Source of the DNA: an uncultured Pseudomonadales bacterium | Lineage (GTDB): Bacteria > Patescibacteriota > Microgenomatia > UBA1400 > PJMF01 | Assembly: GCA_964633875.1 (NCBI GenBank) | Contig: CAZWKL010000002.1 | Span: 89,338-151,302, forward strand | Direction: 5' to 3' | DNA length: 61,965 nucleotides | Part shown: positions 38,978-49,111 of the stretch, one piece after another | Layout: each line of letters starts with the position of its first letter | How positions within the stretch are numbered: the first letter of the stretch is position 1 | Position numbers and translations under genes: made by a program | Notes under the pieces: model-generated | Seen by the model: the letters and a program-made list of their open reading frames with translations, nothing else | Databases searched by the model: none | What the model was told of the DNA's origin: nothing

Positions 38978-40024
38978 ATGCCTGTAGCTGCCCGCAAAAA
39001 AGCTCAATCCAGAAGAAAGAGGATTAAATCCGGTGTTTCGGTGGTGTCTAGGAAATCTAAGTCGTCCAGAAAAAAGTTGGTTCGGCAGCAGCGGAATAAA
39101 AAGGAAATTTCTTGGGTGCGGAAGTTGGTGGGGCGGCTGCTGACGCTGATAATCATCGCCGGGATTTTGGTTTGGTTTGCGTTTCATTACTTGGTTCCAC
39201 AGTGGGCCTTCAGCAGCAGCCGCCCCCAAAACATCCTGATCATTCCCTCCAACCAGGAACAAACCACTGCGGTCCTGATGCTGGTTCACATCGATCCGGA
39301 TCAAGAAAAACACGCCCTCTACCTGATTGACGGCAGCGAAACGGTTAACCTGATCGGCGGCTACAGCGAACTCCAGCTTCAAGAGGTTTACCAGACACTC
39401 AAATTGGATAAAAAAGCTGATCAATTTATCCTGGCCGCCTTTAATCATGCGCTCGGAATTGTGGTGGATAAAGTTCTCACCGTGGACAGAATAACTCCCG
39501 AAATGATCGGCCGAAATGAAACTTTTTCGGTTTTTTATCAGCAAGCCCGCCAAACCCCAAAATTAGCCCAAGATTACCTCAAGTTGTACTTTCTCACCAG
39601 CCAACTCTCAACTGATCTCACTATCCTCAATCTGACCGAACTCTCCAGTGTGCTTTCCGCCTACCAAACCCTGGGCGCGACTACCGCTCACAACTGTCCG
39701 GTGGCAGTGATCAATACCACCAATACCAAAGACTTAGCGGGCAATATCAGCAATATTATTGAGGAAAACGGCGCTTTGGTGGTGAGAGTGACCAACAACA
39801 GCAGCAAGTTTACCACCAGTAGCCTTTATGTGGGGGTAGAGTCGGCTGAAACTTGCCAACCGCTCACCGACTTGATCACTGGCATCTTTCCCACCAAAAT
39901 TCCGCAAATTCCAGCCAACAAAATCTTAACCGACCGTTACCGGGCGCAACTAATCTTATTTCTTGGGGAAGATGCGGCGGAAATTTTTGCGTTAGCGCCA
40001 CCAACCACGGCCACGCAGAATTAA
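38978..40024 (+). CDS. Membrane-anchored LytR/CpsA/Psr-like protein with LytR C-terminal domain
   Basis: Basic N-terminus and TM helix; C-terminal VAVINTT...LAG...I...G...V..VTN...LILFLGED. Confidence 0.6.
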   Translation: MPVAARKKAQSRRKRIKSGVSVVSRKSKSSRKKLVRQQRNKKEISWVRKLVGRLLTLIIIAGILVWFAFHYLVPQWAFSSSRPQNILIIPSNQEQTTAVLMLVHIDPDQEKHALYLIDGSETVNLIGGYSELQLQEVYQTLKLDKKADQFILAAFNHALGIVVDKVLTVDRITPEMIGRNETFSVFYQQARQTPKLAQDYLKLYFLTSQLSTDLTILNLTELSSVLSAYQTLGATTAHNCPVAVINTTNTKDLAGNISNIIEENGALVVRVTNNSSKFTTSSLYVGVESAETCQPLTDLITGIFPTKIPQIPANKILTDRYRAQLILFLGEDAAEIFALAPPTTATQN

Positions 40025-40036
40025 TCTCCAGCAAAA

Positions 40037-40774
40037 TTAATCTTCAAAAGAGCTTGAATCCACATCGTCAAAGCTTTTTTCCACATCGCGGTCGGTTTCC
40101 ACGATCTCAATCGGAATTTCTTCTTTCAACAAATAACTTTCGTCAACATCATCAAGTTGCGACATCGCCCCTTTATTGCTGGGGAACGACTGAATGCCAA
40201 AATTTTTGCTGGAGCGATAAGTTTCTTTAATGTAAACGCTGCAGTTCTTGCCATTGCTGGAGCGAATAGAGCAGTTGTACTGGTTGCCTCCTTGAATCAG
40301 TTTACCCAAGCGAAAAGACACATCTTCGGGTAGAGCGCCGACATAGTTGCCGTTCACCTCAATGGAAATGTAGCGGTTTTTCAGCTTCAGTTCGCAGGGC
40401 GCGCCGACGTGCAATTTTTCCAGCGTCTGCTTATTGGCCAGCCGCCGCAACTCGATAATCTTGGTTTTCCCCGGCTCTTCAATGAAATGTTGCTGCGTAA
40501 AAGAAGGGGCGGATAGATCCTGATTTTTTTCTATTTTTGATAAATGTTTTTTGGCAATAATATTAGTTTTGTCCAACTTCAATACGTCCTTGAAAGCTTT
40601 GGTGGCTTTCTTAATATTTTTGAGTTGAACATAGGCTACACCCAGCCGGTTGAGGGCGCTGACATCTTCGGGGTATTGGGAAAGGATTTGTTGGTTTAGC
40701 TCTACTGCTAATTGCCAGTTGGCGGTTTTGGCGGCATCGATAGCTTTACGTCTTAAAGCTCCATTGATACTCAT
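40037..40774 (-). CDS. Tetratricopeptide repeat protein
   Basis: A..A...W..A...N..IL..P.D..ALNRLG.AY TPR pattern. Confidence 0.75.
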   Translation of the reverse strand: MSINGALRRKAIDAAKTANWQLAVELNQQILSQYPEDVSALNRLGVAYVQLKNIKKATKAFKDVLKLDKTNIIAKKHLSKIEKNQDLSAPSFTQQHFIEEPGKTKIIELRRLANKQTLEKLHVGAPCELKLKNRYISIEVNGNYVGALPEDVSFRLGKLIQGGNQYNCSIRSSNGKNCSVYIKETYRSSKNFGIQSFPSNKGAMSQLDDVDESYLLKEEIPIEIVETDRDVEKSFDDVDSSSFED

Positions 40775-40934
40775 TTATTGTCTTTCTGGTCGACATTCCT
40801 TTGTATACAATTGCGTCGAAGAATACCTGCTCCCAGGCTTATTGTCAACCACAAAAACATACTCTACCTGTATTGAACTTATAATGCAATAAGGCGAACA
40901 ATTCTATATAATGCACCTAGATTCGAAAGGATTT

Positions 40935-41498
40935 ATGGCAGGGCACAGTAAATGGAACAACATTAAGAACAGAAAAGGCGCCGAAGATGCCAAGCGGGGC
41001 AAGGTTTTCAGCCAAATTGGCAAAATGATCAGGATGGCTGTGAGAGAAGGCAAATCAGACAAGCCCGAATCTAATCCTGCCCTCAGGACTGCTCTGGAAA
41101 AAGCCAGGCAGGCCAACCTACCTAAAGAAAATATCCAGCGCGCCATCGATCGTGGCATGGGTAAAAGTTCGAGTGGTGCGCAAATCCAAGAAATTGCCTA
41201 TGAAGGTTTTGGCCCTGGTGGCGTAGCTATTATTGCCGTGGCGCTGACCGACAACCCCAACCGTACCAGCTCAGACGTCAAATTTGCCTTTTCCCGCGCT
41301 GGTGGCTCATTGGGCAGCCCGGGTAGCGCCACCTACATGTTCAAGCGCGATAATTCGGGTGACTACGCTCCCACCATGACCATTCCGGTGAGCGAACAAG
41401 ATCTTCAAAAAATTCAACAATTGGTAGATACTTTAAGAGAGAACGAAGATATTGAAGACGTTTATACTGCTGCCAATCTTGGCTCAGAAGAAGAGTAA
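40935..41498 (+). CDS. yebC: YebC/PmpR family protein (short form)
   Basis: MAGHSKWNNIK, ANLPKENI.RAI, YEGFGPGG, TDNPNRT, GSLG..G. Confidence 0.92.
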   Translation: MAGHSKWNNIKNRKGAEDAKRGKVFSQIGKMIRMAVREGKSDKPESNPALRTALEKARQANLPKENIQRAIDRGMGKSSSGAQIQEIAYEGFGPGGVAIIAVALTDNPNRTSSDVKFAFSRAGGSLGSPGSATYMFKRDNSGDYAPTMTIPVSEQDLQKIQQLVDTLRENEDIEDVYTAANLGSEEE

Positions 41499-41501
41499 CA
41501 T

Positions 41502-42269
41502 ATGCGCCGAAGAGAAAAATTTGTCATTGCCTCGGTTTTGTTAAGCCTTGGCCTGCTGGCAGTTCAGTGGACAGTGTTGGATTACCGCTATTTCGCCCTG
41601 GTGATCTTCACCGTAGTTTCGTATTTGGCTTCTACTTGGGCGCTTAATGATGACCTGCAATTTCACGAACGTTTTACCGTTGTTCCATTTCCTTCCATGT
41701 ACGCCCTGGCAGTGGCTTTGTTTTACTACCTGCTACCGGAAAGCGTCTTCAGTCAAGTGGCGATTTTGATTCTTTTTGGCGTTGGTATGTACGCCTTGTT
41801 TTTGACCTCCAATATTTATTCCGTCGCCAAGGGCAGGACTATCCAGCTACTGCACGCCGCTCATGCAGTGGGCCTATTTTTTAACCTGATAACCTCATTG
41901 TTGCTTTCCAACACGATTTTCTCGCTCCGGCTGCCTTTTTATTTTACCGTTTTGCTTATTGGCCTGGTACACTATCCTTTAATTTTCATGTCTCTCTGGT
42001 CAATCAAACTGGAGAATGAAGTGACGTTGCGGATTAGCACTCTGGCCGGTATTTTGACCATTATGTTGATGGAAGTTGCTTTAGTGCTGTCATTTATCCC
42101 TTTGACCGTCTGGTATAACGCTTTGTTCATTATGTCGATGTTGTATATTGGTTTGGGCATATTCCACAACTACTTAAAGGGGAGGCTGTTTTCCAGGACG
42201 CTGACAGAATACACTTTGGTGGCCGCCTTTGTGGGTTTAATATTTTTGTTAGTTTTTCCGTTAAAATAA
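41502..42269 (+). CDS. Polytopic membrane protein, unknown function
   Basis: About 8 hydrophobic helices; co-oriented with yebC with 3-nt spacing. Confidence 0.75.
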   Translation: MRRREKFVIASVLLSLGLLAVQWTVLDYRYFALVIFTVVSYLASTWALNDDLQFHERFTVVPFPSMYALAVALFYYLLPESVFSQVAILILFGVGMYALFLTSNIYSVAKGRTIQLLHAAHAVGLFFNLITSLLLSNTIFSLRLPFYFTVLLIGLVHYPLIFMSLWSIKLENEVTLRISTLAGILTIMLMEVALVLSFIPLTVWYNALFIMSMLYIGLGIFHNYLKGRLFSRTLTEYTLVAAFVGLIFLLVFPLK

Positions 42270-42934
42270 GCTGATTTTTTCTCCTTTTTCTCTGTCTGGT
42301 TTCTGTCTGGAAAAAAGAGTGGGGAAGAGTAAGGCTGAAAATATGTCCTACAAGCTGTAGTATTTAAGTCTGTTGGTAGAGGCGGTGGTTGTATCCAGGC
42401 GGATTGGTAAAATATCCAGTAAATAAAAGAAATTCTTTAGTTGAAAAGCAAAAATTCAAATTAAACTCGAGCAAAGTAGGGGACTCAAATTTTTTTAGTG
42501 GGGAAGCAAAGGGCAGAGTGATATAGTTTGATAGGGTAAAGTGATACGGTTTGATACACCGTGCAATGTGGATAACCAAACTATTATAGGACATAAATCT
42601 GAGCGATACCAGGCTGAAAGCAGTCAGTAATTACCGGATTCTTACAATTGCTGTGAGACACAAAACGGCTTAATTAAACATCCCAGTAAGACCGTCATGC
42701 AAAAATAATTTAGCCTGGTAGCTGCCTGGTAGGGGCGGGAAAACACAAAAAACCCGAATAGACCTTAAGAACAGTGGCACTACTCAGATTTTCATAGGTA
42801 CGGCCAGAGCCAAAGAGGGGCGCTAAAATTTGTTTAATTGGTGAAAAAGGTTTGTAATAAGGAAAAATAAACCCCTCTTGCGATAGTGGGGGAATGGCCT
42901 CTCCTCTCAGTTTTGGCCTGTCTAGATTTCTGTG

Positions 42935-42966
42935 TTATGTCGCACAATATTACTTTTACGACATAA
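42935..42966. other. Candidate dif-like Xer recombination site
   Basis: TTATGTCGCACAA-TATTAC-TTTTACGACATAA, an imperfect palindrome (11 of 13 arm positions) with a 6-bp core; 1.2 kb from the xer gene. Confidence 0.5.
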
Positions 42967-43291
42967 GGCCAGAATTGGCCGGCAGGACTGTTTTTAAGCC
43001 GGTTTTTAACTTTCCCTCCTGTTCCTGCTCAATTTTACTTTTATTTTTATTTTTGTTATTTTTTGTCCCGTAAACTCTCTCTTAAGGAGCTGCTTCTTGA
43101 TTCAGGCTACTATCCCTTGGTTTTGGTTCTTGAGCTCTGTATACTACATTGAGTAGTAGGTGCAAAGCTGTTTGTAGCCGCTACTATCCCAACGGGCGAT
43201 CAATTGAACGATGTCATGATCCACCCGATTCATAAAAACCCGATTTTGGGCGTTTGAGGGGTTTTGCTTGATGTATCAAGCAAAATATTAA

Positions 43292-43600
43292 TTAAGATTG
43301 CTGCTCAGAGAGTTCCTGATCCATATAAAACAGAATTAGATAGATTGGGTCAGTAGTTGATCTGTTAGCAAAAAACTGCCTGCAAGCTTTAGGGAAATCC
43401 GCAGACAGATTACGTTTTAGCGCCCGCTGATAAAGTTCTTTAAGTTTTGTTAATTGATTACCGCGACCCTGAATTAAATTTACTGCTTGTGCTTCAGGAT
43501 TATCATTGAAGAATCTCTGGAGGAGAAGATAATATTCAGATCTGGGATCTTTTTTAGTGTTTTCTCTGTCACCAAAGAAAGCTTTTCCAAAAATGCTCAT
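43292..43600 (-). CDS. Hypothetical protein (102 aa)
   Basis: AT-rich ORF; no motif recognised. Confidence 0.55.
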   Translation of the reverse strand: MSIFGKAFFGDRENTKKDPRSEYYLLLQRFFNDNPEAQAVNLIQGRGNQLTKLKELYQRALKRNLSADFPKACRQFFANRSTTDPIYLILFYMDQELSEQQS

Positions 43601-43639
43601 ATGTGTGATTGTAGCAAGTAGACGACATAAACCGTAGCA

Positions 43640-43981
43640 CTAGCGACGTTGTGCTTCTGTAGACATGAGCTTAAGTAGTCTATCTGGAGAAATGCTTTCA
43701 ACTGCGACTGGCTGCCTAGTTAAAACATGATCTTGGCGTCCACTTTGCAGTATATCTGCAAAAGCTGCATAAGAACCAGGAAAATCATCTCTGAGTACGC
43801 GGCCATCGGTTGCTTCATTATAAGCTTTGCTCAATCGGTGCAGTGCATAGCCTCCGGGACTTTTGGTTGACAAGCCTTCAAGTAATTTCGGTTCACCCTC
43901 AAGGTGTTTCTCAAATGTCTGTACCTCTATTTGCGTACCGTTACCTTTACCTTCTGACTTTCTAAAAAATTCTACAGCCAT
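43640..43981 (-). CDS. Hypothetical protein (113 aa)
   Basis: AGGAGAG RBS upstream; no motif recognised. Confidence 0.6.
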   Translation of the reverse strand: MAVEFFRKSEGKGNGTQIEVQTFEKHLEGEPKLLEGLSTKSPGGYALHRLSKAYNEATDGRVLRDDFPGSYAAFADILQSGRQDHVLTRQPVAVESISPDRLLKLMSTEAQRR

Positions 43982-44130
43982 GTTGTCTCTCCTATTGGCA
44001 TTTGGTTGTTATTACCTACAAGTATATAGTAAGATAGTGAAACGTACATTAGTAAATTTGTGGCCAATTGCTATACTGAGTTCAACTCACCTGGTATGCA
44101 GGTTATCTGTATACCCGCCGGACCACTATT

Positions 44131-45066
44131 ATGAAACTCTCTACTCTACCCCGCCCCGCTGTTGTGGCTTTTTTGGAACATCTTGAGGTGGAGCGCAATT
44201 TAAGCCGCTTGACTATCCGCAATTATCGCCACTACTTGACTGTTTTTCTTGACTGGTTTGAGGCTGAGGGCCACAAAGACCTCAAGGAACTCGACCAAGA
44301 CTTGGTGAGGAAGTACCGGGTCTTTCTTGCCAATTACCTCAACAGCCAAAGCCGGGATCTCTCCAAGAAAACGCAGAGTTTTTACATCATTGCGCTCAGA
44401 TCTTTGCTTAAATATTTAGTCAAAAACGATTTGCCGGTGCTGCAGCCGCAAAAAATTGACCTGCCCAAGGCCGAATCAAGCCACATGCAGTTTCTCAATC
44501 GCGAAAAAGTCGAGCTGCTGCTGTCCCAGCCGCTGCTTTCCAGCCAAACGGGGTTGCGGGATAAGGCGATTTTGGAAGTGCTGTTTTCTACTGGCTTGCG
44601 GGTGAGTGAGTTGGTGAGCTTAGATCGTGATCAGGTGGATCTGGACTCCAAAGAGTTTGGGGTGATTGGTAAGGGCCGCCGGCCGCGGGTGGTTTTCCTC
44701 AGTGATCGGGCTGCCGAGTGGTTGGGGCGCTGGCTCCACTCCCGCGAAGATCACTGGCAGCCGGTTTTTATTCGCTTTGCTGGTAAGCAGCCGGAGATTA
44801 CTTCCGACGGCAGCGAGATGCGCTTGACCACTCGCAGCGTGCAGCGCATTGTTGATAAGTACTGCCGCAAGGCTCACCTGCCGGTTAAGATTAGTCCGCA
44901 CGGATTGCGGCACAGTTTTGCTACCGATTTGCTCCAAAATGGCGCCGGCATTCGGGACGTTCAGGAACTACTTGGCCACAAAAGTATTGCTACTACTCAG
45001 ATTTACACTCACGTTACCCGGCCGGAGCTGAAAAAGATTCATCAAAAACATCATTCTAAGCTGTAA
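44131..45066 (+). CDS. XerC/XerD-family tyrosine recombinase
   Basis: N-terminal ERNLS..TIRNY; catalytic R (TGLRVSEL), GKG, HGLRHSFAT, LGHK, TQIYTH all intact. Confidence 0.93.
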   Translation: MKLSTLPRPAVVAFLEHLEVERNLSRLTIRNYRHYLTVFLDWFEAEGHKDLKELDQDLVRKYRVFLANYLNSQSRDLSKKTQSFYIIALRSLLKYLVKNDLPVLQPQKIDLPKAESSHMQFLNREKVELLLSQPLLSSQTGLRDKAILEVLFSTGLRVSELVSLDRDQVDLDSKEFGVIGKGRRPRVVFLSDRAAEWLGRWLHSREDHWQPVFIRFAGKQPEITSDGSEMRLTTRSVQRIVDKYCRKAHLPVKISPHGLRHSFATDLLQNGAGIRDVQELLGHKSIATTQIYTHVTRPELKKIHQKHHSKL

Positions 45067-45337
45067 AAGGCCGATAACCGCCTTAAAATTACTATAAGAA
45101 ATTAGCAGAATATGTCTAAGACTGCTAAAAATGGTTGCTTGAGGAAAAGCGCGATAGATCGGGCAGTTTTTGGGCAGATTTTCCAGATGTTTCTCTGGGG
45201 ACAAGAGTATGAAAGAGTATGAGGAAAACACCCATCCTTATAACAAAATTCTCTACTCTGCCCTATTTTGTTGCGGTTTGTTTAGAAGTTTAAGAAAATT
45301 TGCAGTGAAAATTATGGTACAATATTGACTGTTACTC

Positions 45338-45411
45338 GGGCCTGTGGCGCAGTTGGCTAGCGCGTCTGTATGGCATACAGAAGGTCAGGGGTTCGAATCC
45401 CCTCAGGTCCA
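45338..45411 (+). tRNA. tRNA-Ala(GGC)
   Basis: GGGCCTG/CAGGTCC with G3:U70, TCTGT-ATGGCAT-ACAGA (A32-U38 typical of Ala-GGC), TTCGAAT; TGG-TACAAT promoter upstream. Confidence 0.95.
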
Positions 45412-45423
45412 CACCGCAATCCC

Positions 45424-48141
45424 CTACTCCTCATCCTCCACTTTTTTGAATGTCAGCGCCACGGCGGCCACTTTGTCGGTCTTTTTGAGCCGAATGAGGA
45501 TCACGCCTTGAGTGGGTCTGGTTAAAATCGGGATGGATCTGTGAGTCAGCGGCATTTTGATGGTCTGGCCTTCTTGAGTGGAGATGACCACTTCCTTGTG
45601 TTCGTCGGTAACTTTTTTGGCCGCGGCCACTGGGCCGGTCTTTTTGGTAATTTCCGACACCTTTACGCCCATGCCGGCGCGTTTTTGGACCGGATATTGA
45701 TCAAGCTTGGTGCGCTTACCCATGCCGTTTTCAGTAATCACCAGTAGCTCCCGGGTTTTGGCCTTTTCTTCAGCCAAATCTTCCGTTTGCGAGAGCGATT
45801 CCACCCCCATGACGTAGTCGCCTTTTTTAAGCGTAATGCCCTTAACGCCTTTGGTGTCGCGGTTGGAAGCCTTGACTTCAGTTTCCGAGAAACGAATGCT
45901 TTTGCCTTCGTGAGTGATCAGCATCAAGTCATCGTCGCCGGTGGTGAGTTTGCCCCAAACCACCTCATCGTTGTTGTTGAGCGAAATAGCAATGATACCA
46001 TTTTGGCGGATGTTGTCGTAGAGTTTGACAGGGGTTTTCTTGACCAAACCGTCTCTGGTGGCCAGGATAATGTAATTTTCGGCGTCTTTCTTTTCGTCGA
46101 CAGCCAAGATAGATTGCACCCTTTCTTCCGGTTGCAGGCTGATAATGTTGACGATAGCCGTGCCTTTTGCCTGCTTGGAAGCCTCGGGAATTTCGTAGCC
46201 CTTAAGCTTGTAAACCCGGCCTTGGTTGGTGAAAACCATGAGCGTGTCGTGGGTTTCAATGGTGAGCAGGAATTTGACAATATCCTCGGCTTTCATCTTC
46301 ACGCCAATCGAGCCTTTGCCGCCGCGGGCCTGACCACGGAGCGCCGAAGGGTTCATGCGCTTGATGTAGCCGCTCTCGGTCATGGTAATAACAGAAACTT
46401 CGTTGGGTACCAGGTCTTGTTCGCTGAATTCGCCGACTTTGCCCTTGATCAGTTGCGTTCTGCGCTCATCGCCGTAGAGCGAGATCAACTCGTTGGTTTC
46501 GTCCACAATCACCTTGAGAATGGCTTCTGGTTTGCTGAGCAGCGTAATTAAATCTTCAATCGTTTGCCGCACGGAGTTGTACTCGTCTTCGATTTTTTGT
46601 CTTTCCAGGGCGGCCAGCCGTTTCAGCTGCATGTCTAGGATAGCGGTGGCCTGAATTTCGGAGAAGCCAAATTTTTTCATCAAGGCTGCCCGGGCCGCAT
46701 CGGTGTCGGCAGATTTGCGGATAGTGTCAATGACCGCGTCCAGATTTTCCAAAGCAATCAACAGCCCTTCCAAAATGTGGGCTCGATCTCTGGCGCCAAT
46801 TAAGTCGTACTGGCTGCGGCGGACGACAATGTTTTGCCGGTGCTTGATGTACTCAGTGAGAATCTGCCTGATGTTCATCAGCTGAGGCGTGCCTTCACTG
46901 TTGAGCGCCACCATGTTCATGGAAAAACTGGTTTGCAGATCGGAGTACTTGAAAAGTTTGTTGAGAATGACCTTCGGTCTGGAGTCGCGCTTGAGTTCAA
47001 TAGTAATTTGCAAGCCTTGGCGGTCTGAGTCGTCGTTGAGATCGCGAATACCTTCAATTTTCCTGTCCCGCACCAATTTGGCAATTTTTTCCAGCAGCCT
47101 GGCTTTGTTCACTTGGTAGGGAATTTCAGAAATGATGATCTGGTAACCACCTTTGTTGCTTTCTTCAATCTTTGCCCGGGCGCGGATAACTACCCGGCCT
47201 TTGCCGGTTTTGTAGCCTTCTTTGATAGCTTCGAAGTCATACATGATGCCCTGGGTGGGAAAATCCGGGCCTTGGATGTACTCCATGATTTGGTCGATGT
47301 CGATTTCTGTCTGAAACTCTCCGGCTAGGACTGTTGGCTCAGTAGCCAGCAGAATGTCAATCGATTCATGCATCTCACCAATAGCTTCAGTGACACTAGC
47401 GGTTTTGGACTTTTTTACTTCAGGCAAATGCAGTTCGGCCCCTTCAGGTCTGGGAGAGCTGCCCATCTCAATCATAGCTATAATGGCGTTGCAGACCTCG
47501 GTGAGATTGTGCGGCGGAATTTTGGTAGCCATACCCACGGCAATACCCTCAGCACCCATCAACAGCAGATTGGGCAGCTTGCCCGGCATCACGCCAGGTT
47601 CTTTGAGCGAGCCATCAAAGTTGTCATTGAACGGCACCGTATCTTTATCAATATCCTGCAACAGCTCTTGAGCAATTTTGTCCATCCGCGCCTCGGTGTA
47701 ACGCATGGCCGCCGGACTATCGCCGTCAATGGAGCCAAAGTTGCCCTGGCCGTCAATCAGTGGATAGCGCATGCTGAAATCTTGAGCCAACCGCACCAGT
47801 GCCATGTAAACAGAAGAATCGCCATGTGGGTGGTACTTACCCAAAACGTCACCGACAATGCGGGCGGCTTTTTTGTAGGGACTGCGGTGAGTGATACCGG
47901 TTTTGTACATCGAGTACAAAATGCGGCGATGCACCGGTTTGAGGCCGTCGCGAACATCCGGCAAAGCCCGGGAAACAATCACGCTCATGGCGTAATCAAG
48001 GTAGCTTTTCTCCATTTCCTGTTTGATGGAAATGTATTTCAGCTTGCCATACCTGGTTTCTTCAATAGTGCCGACGAGGGAATCTTCCTGGTCGCCGGAT
48101 TGAGTGATTTCGGTGACTTCACCTTTTTTGTCATTTGCCAT
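45424..48141 (-). CDS. gyrA: DNA gyrase subunit A
   Basis: [29 protein letters not shown] catalytic Tyr, GyrA-box QARGGKG, pinwheel CTD. Confidence 0.97.
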   Translation of the reverse strand: MANDKKGEVTEITQSGDQEDSLVGTIEETRYGKLKYISIKQEMEKSYLDYAMSVIVSRALPDVRDGLKPVHRRILYSMYKTGITHRSPYKKAARIVGDVLGKYHPHGDSSVYMALVRLAQDFSMRYPLIDGQGNFGSIDGDSPAAMRYTEARMDKIAQELLQDIDKDTVPFNDNFDGSLKEPGVMPGKLPNLLLMGAEGIAVGMATKIPPHNLTEVCNAIIAMIEMGSSPRPEGAELHLPEVKKSKTASVTEAIGEMHESIDILLATEPTVLAGEFQTEIDIDQIMEYIQGPDFPTQGIMYDFEAIKEGYKTGKGRVVIRARAKIEESNKGGYQIIISEIPYQVNKARLLEKIAKLVRDRKIEGIRDLNDDSDRQGLQITIELKRDSRPKVILNKLFKYSDLQTSFSMNMVALNSEGTPQLMNIRQILTEYIKHRQNIVVRRSQYDLIGARDRAHILEGLLIALENLDAVIDTIRKSADTDAARAALMKKFGFSEIQATAILDMQLKRLAALERQKIEDEYNSVRQTIEDLITLLSKPEAILKVIVDETNELISLYGDERRTQLIKGKVGEFSEQDLVPNEVSVITMTESGYIKRMNPSALRGQARGGKGSIGVKMKAEDIVKFLLTIETHDTLMVFTNQGRVYKLKGYEIPEASKQAKGTAIVNIISLQPEERVQSILAVDEKKDAENYIILATRDGLVKKTPVKLYDNIRQNGIIAISLNNNDEVVWGKLTTGDDDLMLITHEGKSIRFSETEVKASNRDTKGVKGITLKKGDYVMGVESLSQTEDLAEEKAKTRELLVITENGMGKRTKLDQYPVQKRAGMGVKVSEITKKTGPVAAAKKVTDEHKEVVISTQEGQTIKMPLTHRSIPILTRPTQGVILIRLKKTDKVAAVALTFKKVEDEE

Positions 48142-49090
48142 AGGCGCTTTCTAAAGCTGCTTCAATTGCCGGAGCAATTTCCTTTTTTCTGGACATTTTG
48201 GGACCGATATCAAGCAGGTTATTTTCTACTGCCCCGCCGAAAGCGGCGGTAGCCACAGTTGCTTCTTGATCTGAGAGGATAATTAGCTTGGTGTTGACTT
48301 TGAGAATATCGGTAATAGCCACAAACAGCAGCTCTACTCCCAGTTCCGTCTTGACCTGCTGCATGGCGGCCAGGATATCAGCTTTTTTAGTTTCGGTGAA
48401 ATAAGCTTGGTCAACCGTTTCTACTTGGTTGATCATGGTTTTTTTGGCAAAATCAAAAATTTTGTAGTCGTTTTTAACAATTTCTTCATCTGTTAAGCTG
48501 GAAACATTGGATTTAGCCTGGAAAATTTCCAGAGTGAAAGCGTCAACATCATCAATTTCGGCGATTTTAGCCAATTCGGCGCCCAGTTTTTGGTCCAACT
48601 CGGTAGTAGTGGCAGATTTGTAACCGACAGTATCCGAAAGAATAGCTGCCAGCATCAAGCCAGCCAGAGTTTTGTCCGGAACCACCTGCTGCTGTTTCAT
48701 CAAATAGTACACAATAATAGTGGAAGACCCCCAGGTTTTGAAGGTCATAAAAATTGGTTGAGGCAAGTTGAGGTTAGCCTTGTGGTGGTCGATAATTTCC
48801 ACGATCTGGTCCTGATTGAGACCGGGCAAGCGCTGCGACTCCTCGTTGTGATCCACCAGCACCACCGTGTCCTCAGCAGTGATGTCGGCGGCGGTGATCA
48901 GACGCGGCGCGGTAACACCGAATTTCTCAAACAAAAAGGCCGTTTCCGGATTGAGCGGATCGGCGATAACGGCTTCGGCGTTGGGACGCTGGAAGCCTTC
49001 ATGCTGCTGGTACAGATACGCTAACGCCATCGGAGCAACAACCGCATCGGTGTCTGGTTTGGTATGACCAATAATGTAGGTGGTGGGCAT
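48131..49090 (-). CDS. ppaC: Mn-dependent inorganic pyrophosphatase (family II, DHH/DHHA2)
   Basis: [33 protein letters not shown]. Confidence 0.93.
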   Translation of the reverse strand: MPTTYIIGHTKPDTDAVVAPMALAYLYQQHEGFQRPNAEAVIADPLNPETAFLFEKFGVTAPRLITAADITAEDTVVLVDHNEESQRLPGLNQDQIVEIIDHHKANLNLPQPIFMTFKTWGSSTIIVYYLMKQQQVVPDKTLAGLMLAAILSDTVGYKSATTTELDQKLGAELAKIAEIDDVDAFTLEIFQAKSNVSSLTDEEIVKNDYKIFDFAKKTMINQVETVDQAYFTETKKADILAAMQQVKTELGVELLFVAITDILKVNTKLIILSDQEATVATAAFGGAVENNLLDIGPKMSRKKEIAPAIEAALESAYGK

Positions 49091-49111
49091 AGGTGTATCC
49101 TTTTTAACTAA

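Noticed and set aside
42567-42575. Perfect DnaA box (TTATCCACA on minus) suggesting oriC in the 1-kb gap
   Set aside because: Single box, no dnaA/dnaN nearby, and flanking genes converge rather than diverge
42364-42594. 76-aa minus-strand ORF in the non-coding gap
   Set aside because: No RBS or motif and atypical composition; probably spurious
43106-43190. yybP-ykoY (Mn) riboswitch from the minus-strand AAGGGATAGTAGC
   Set aside because: Imperfect match to AAAGGGGAGUAGC and located 3' of a gene rather than in a leader
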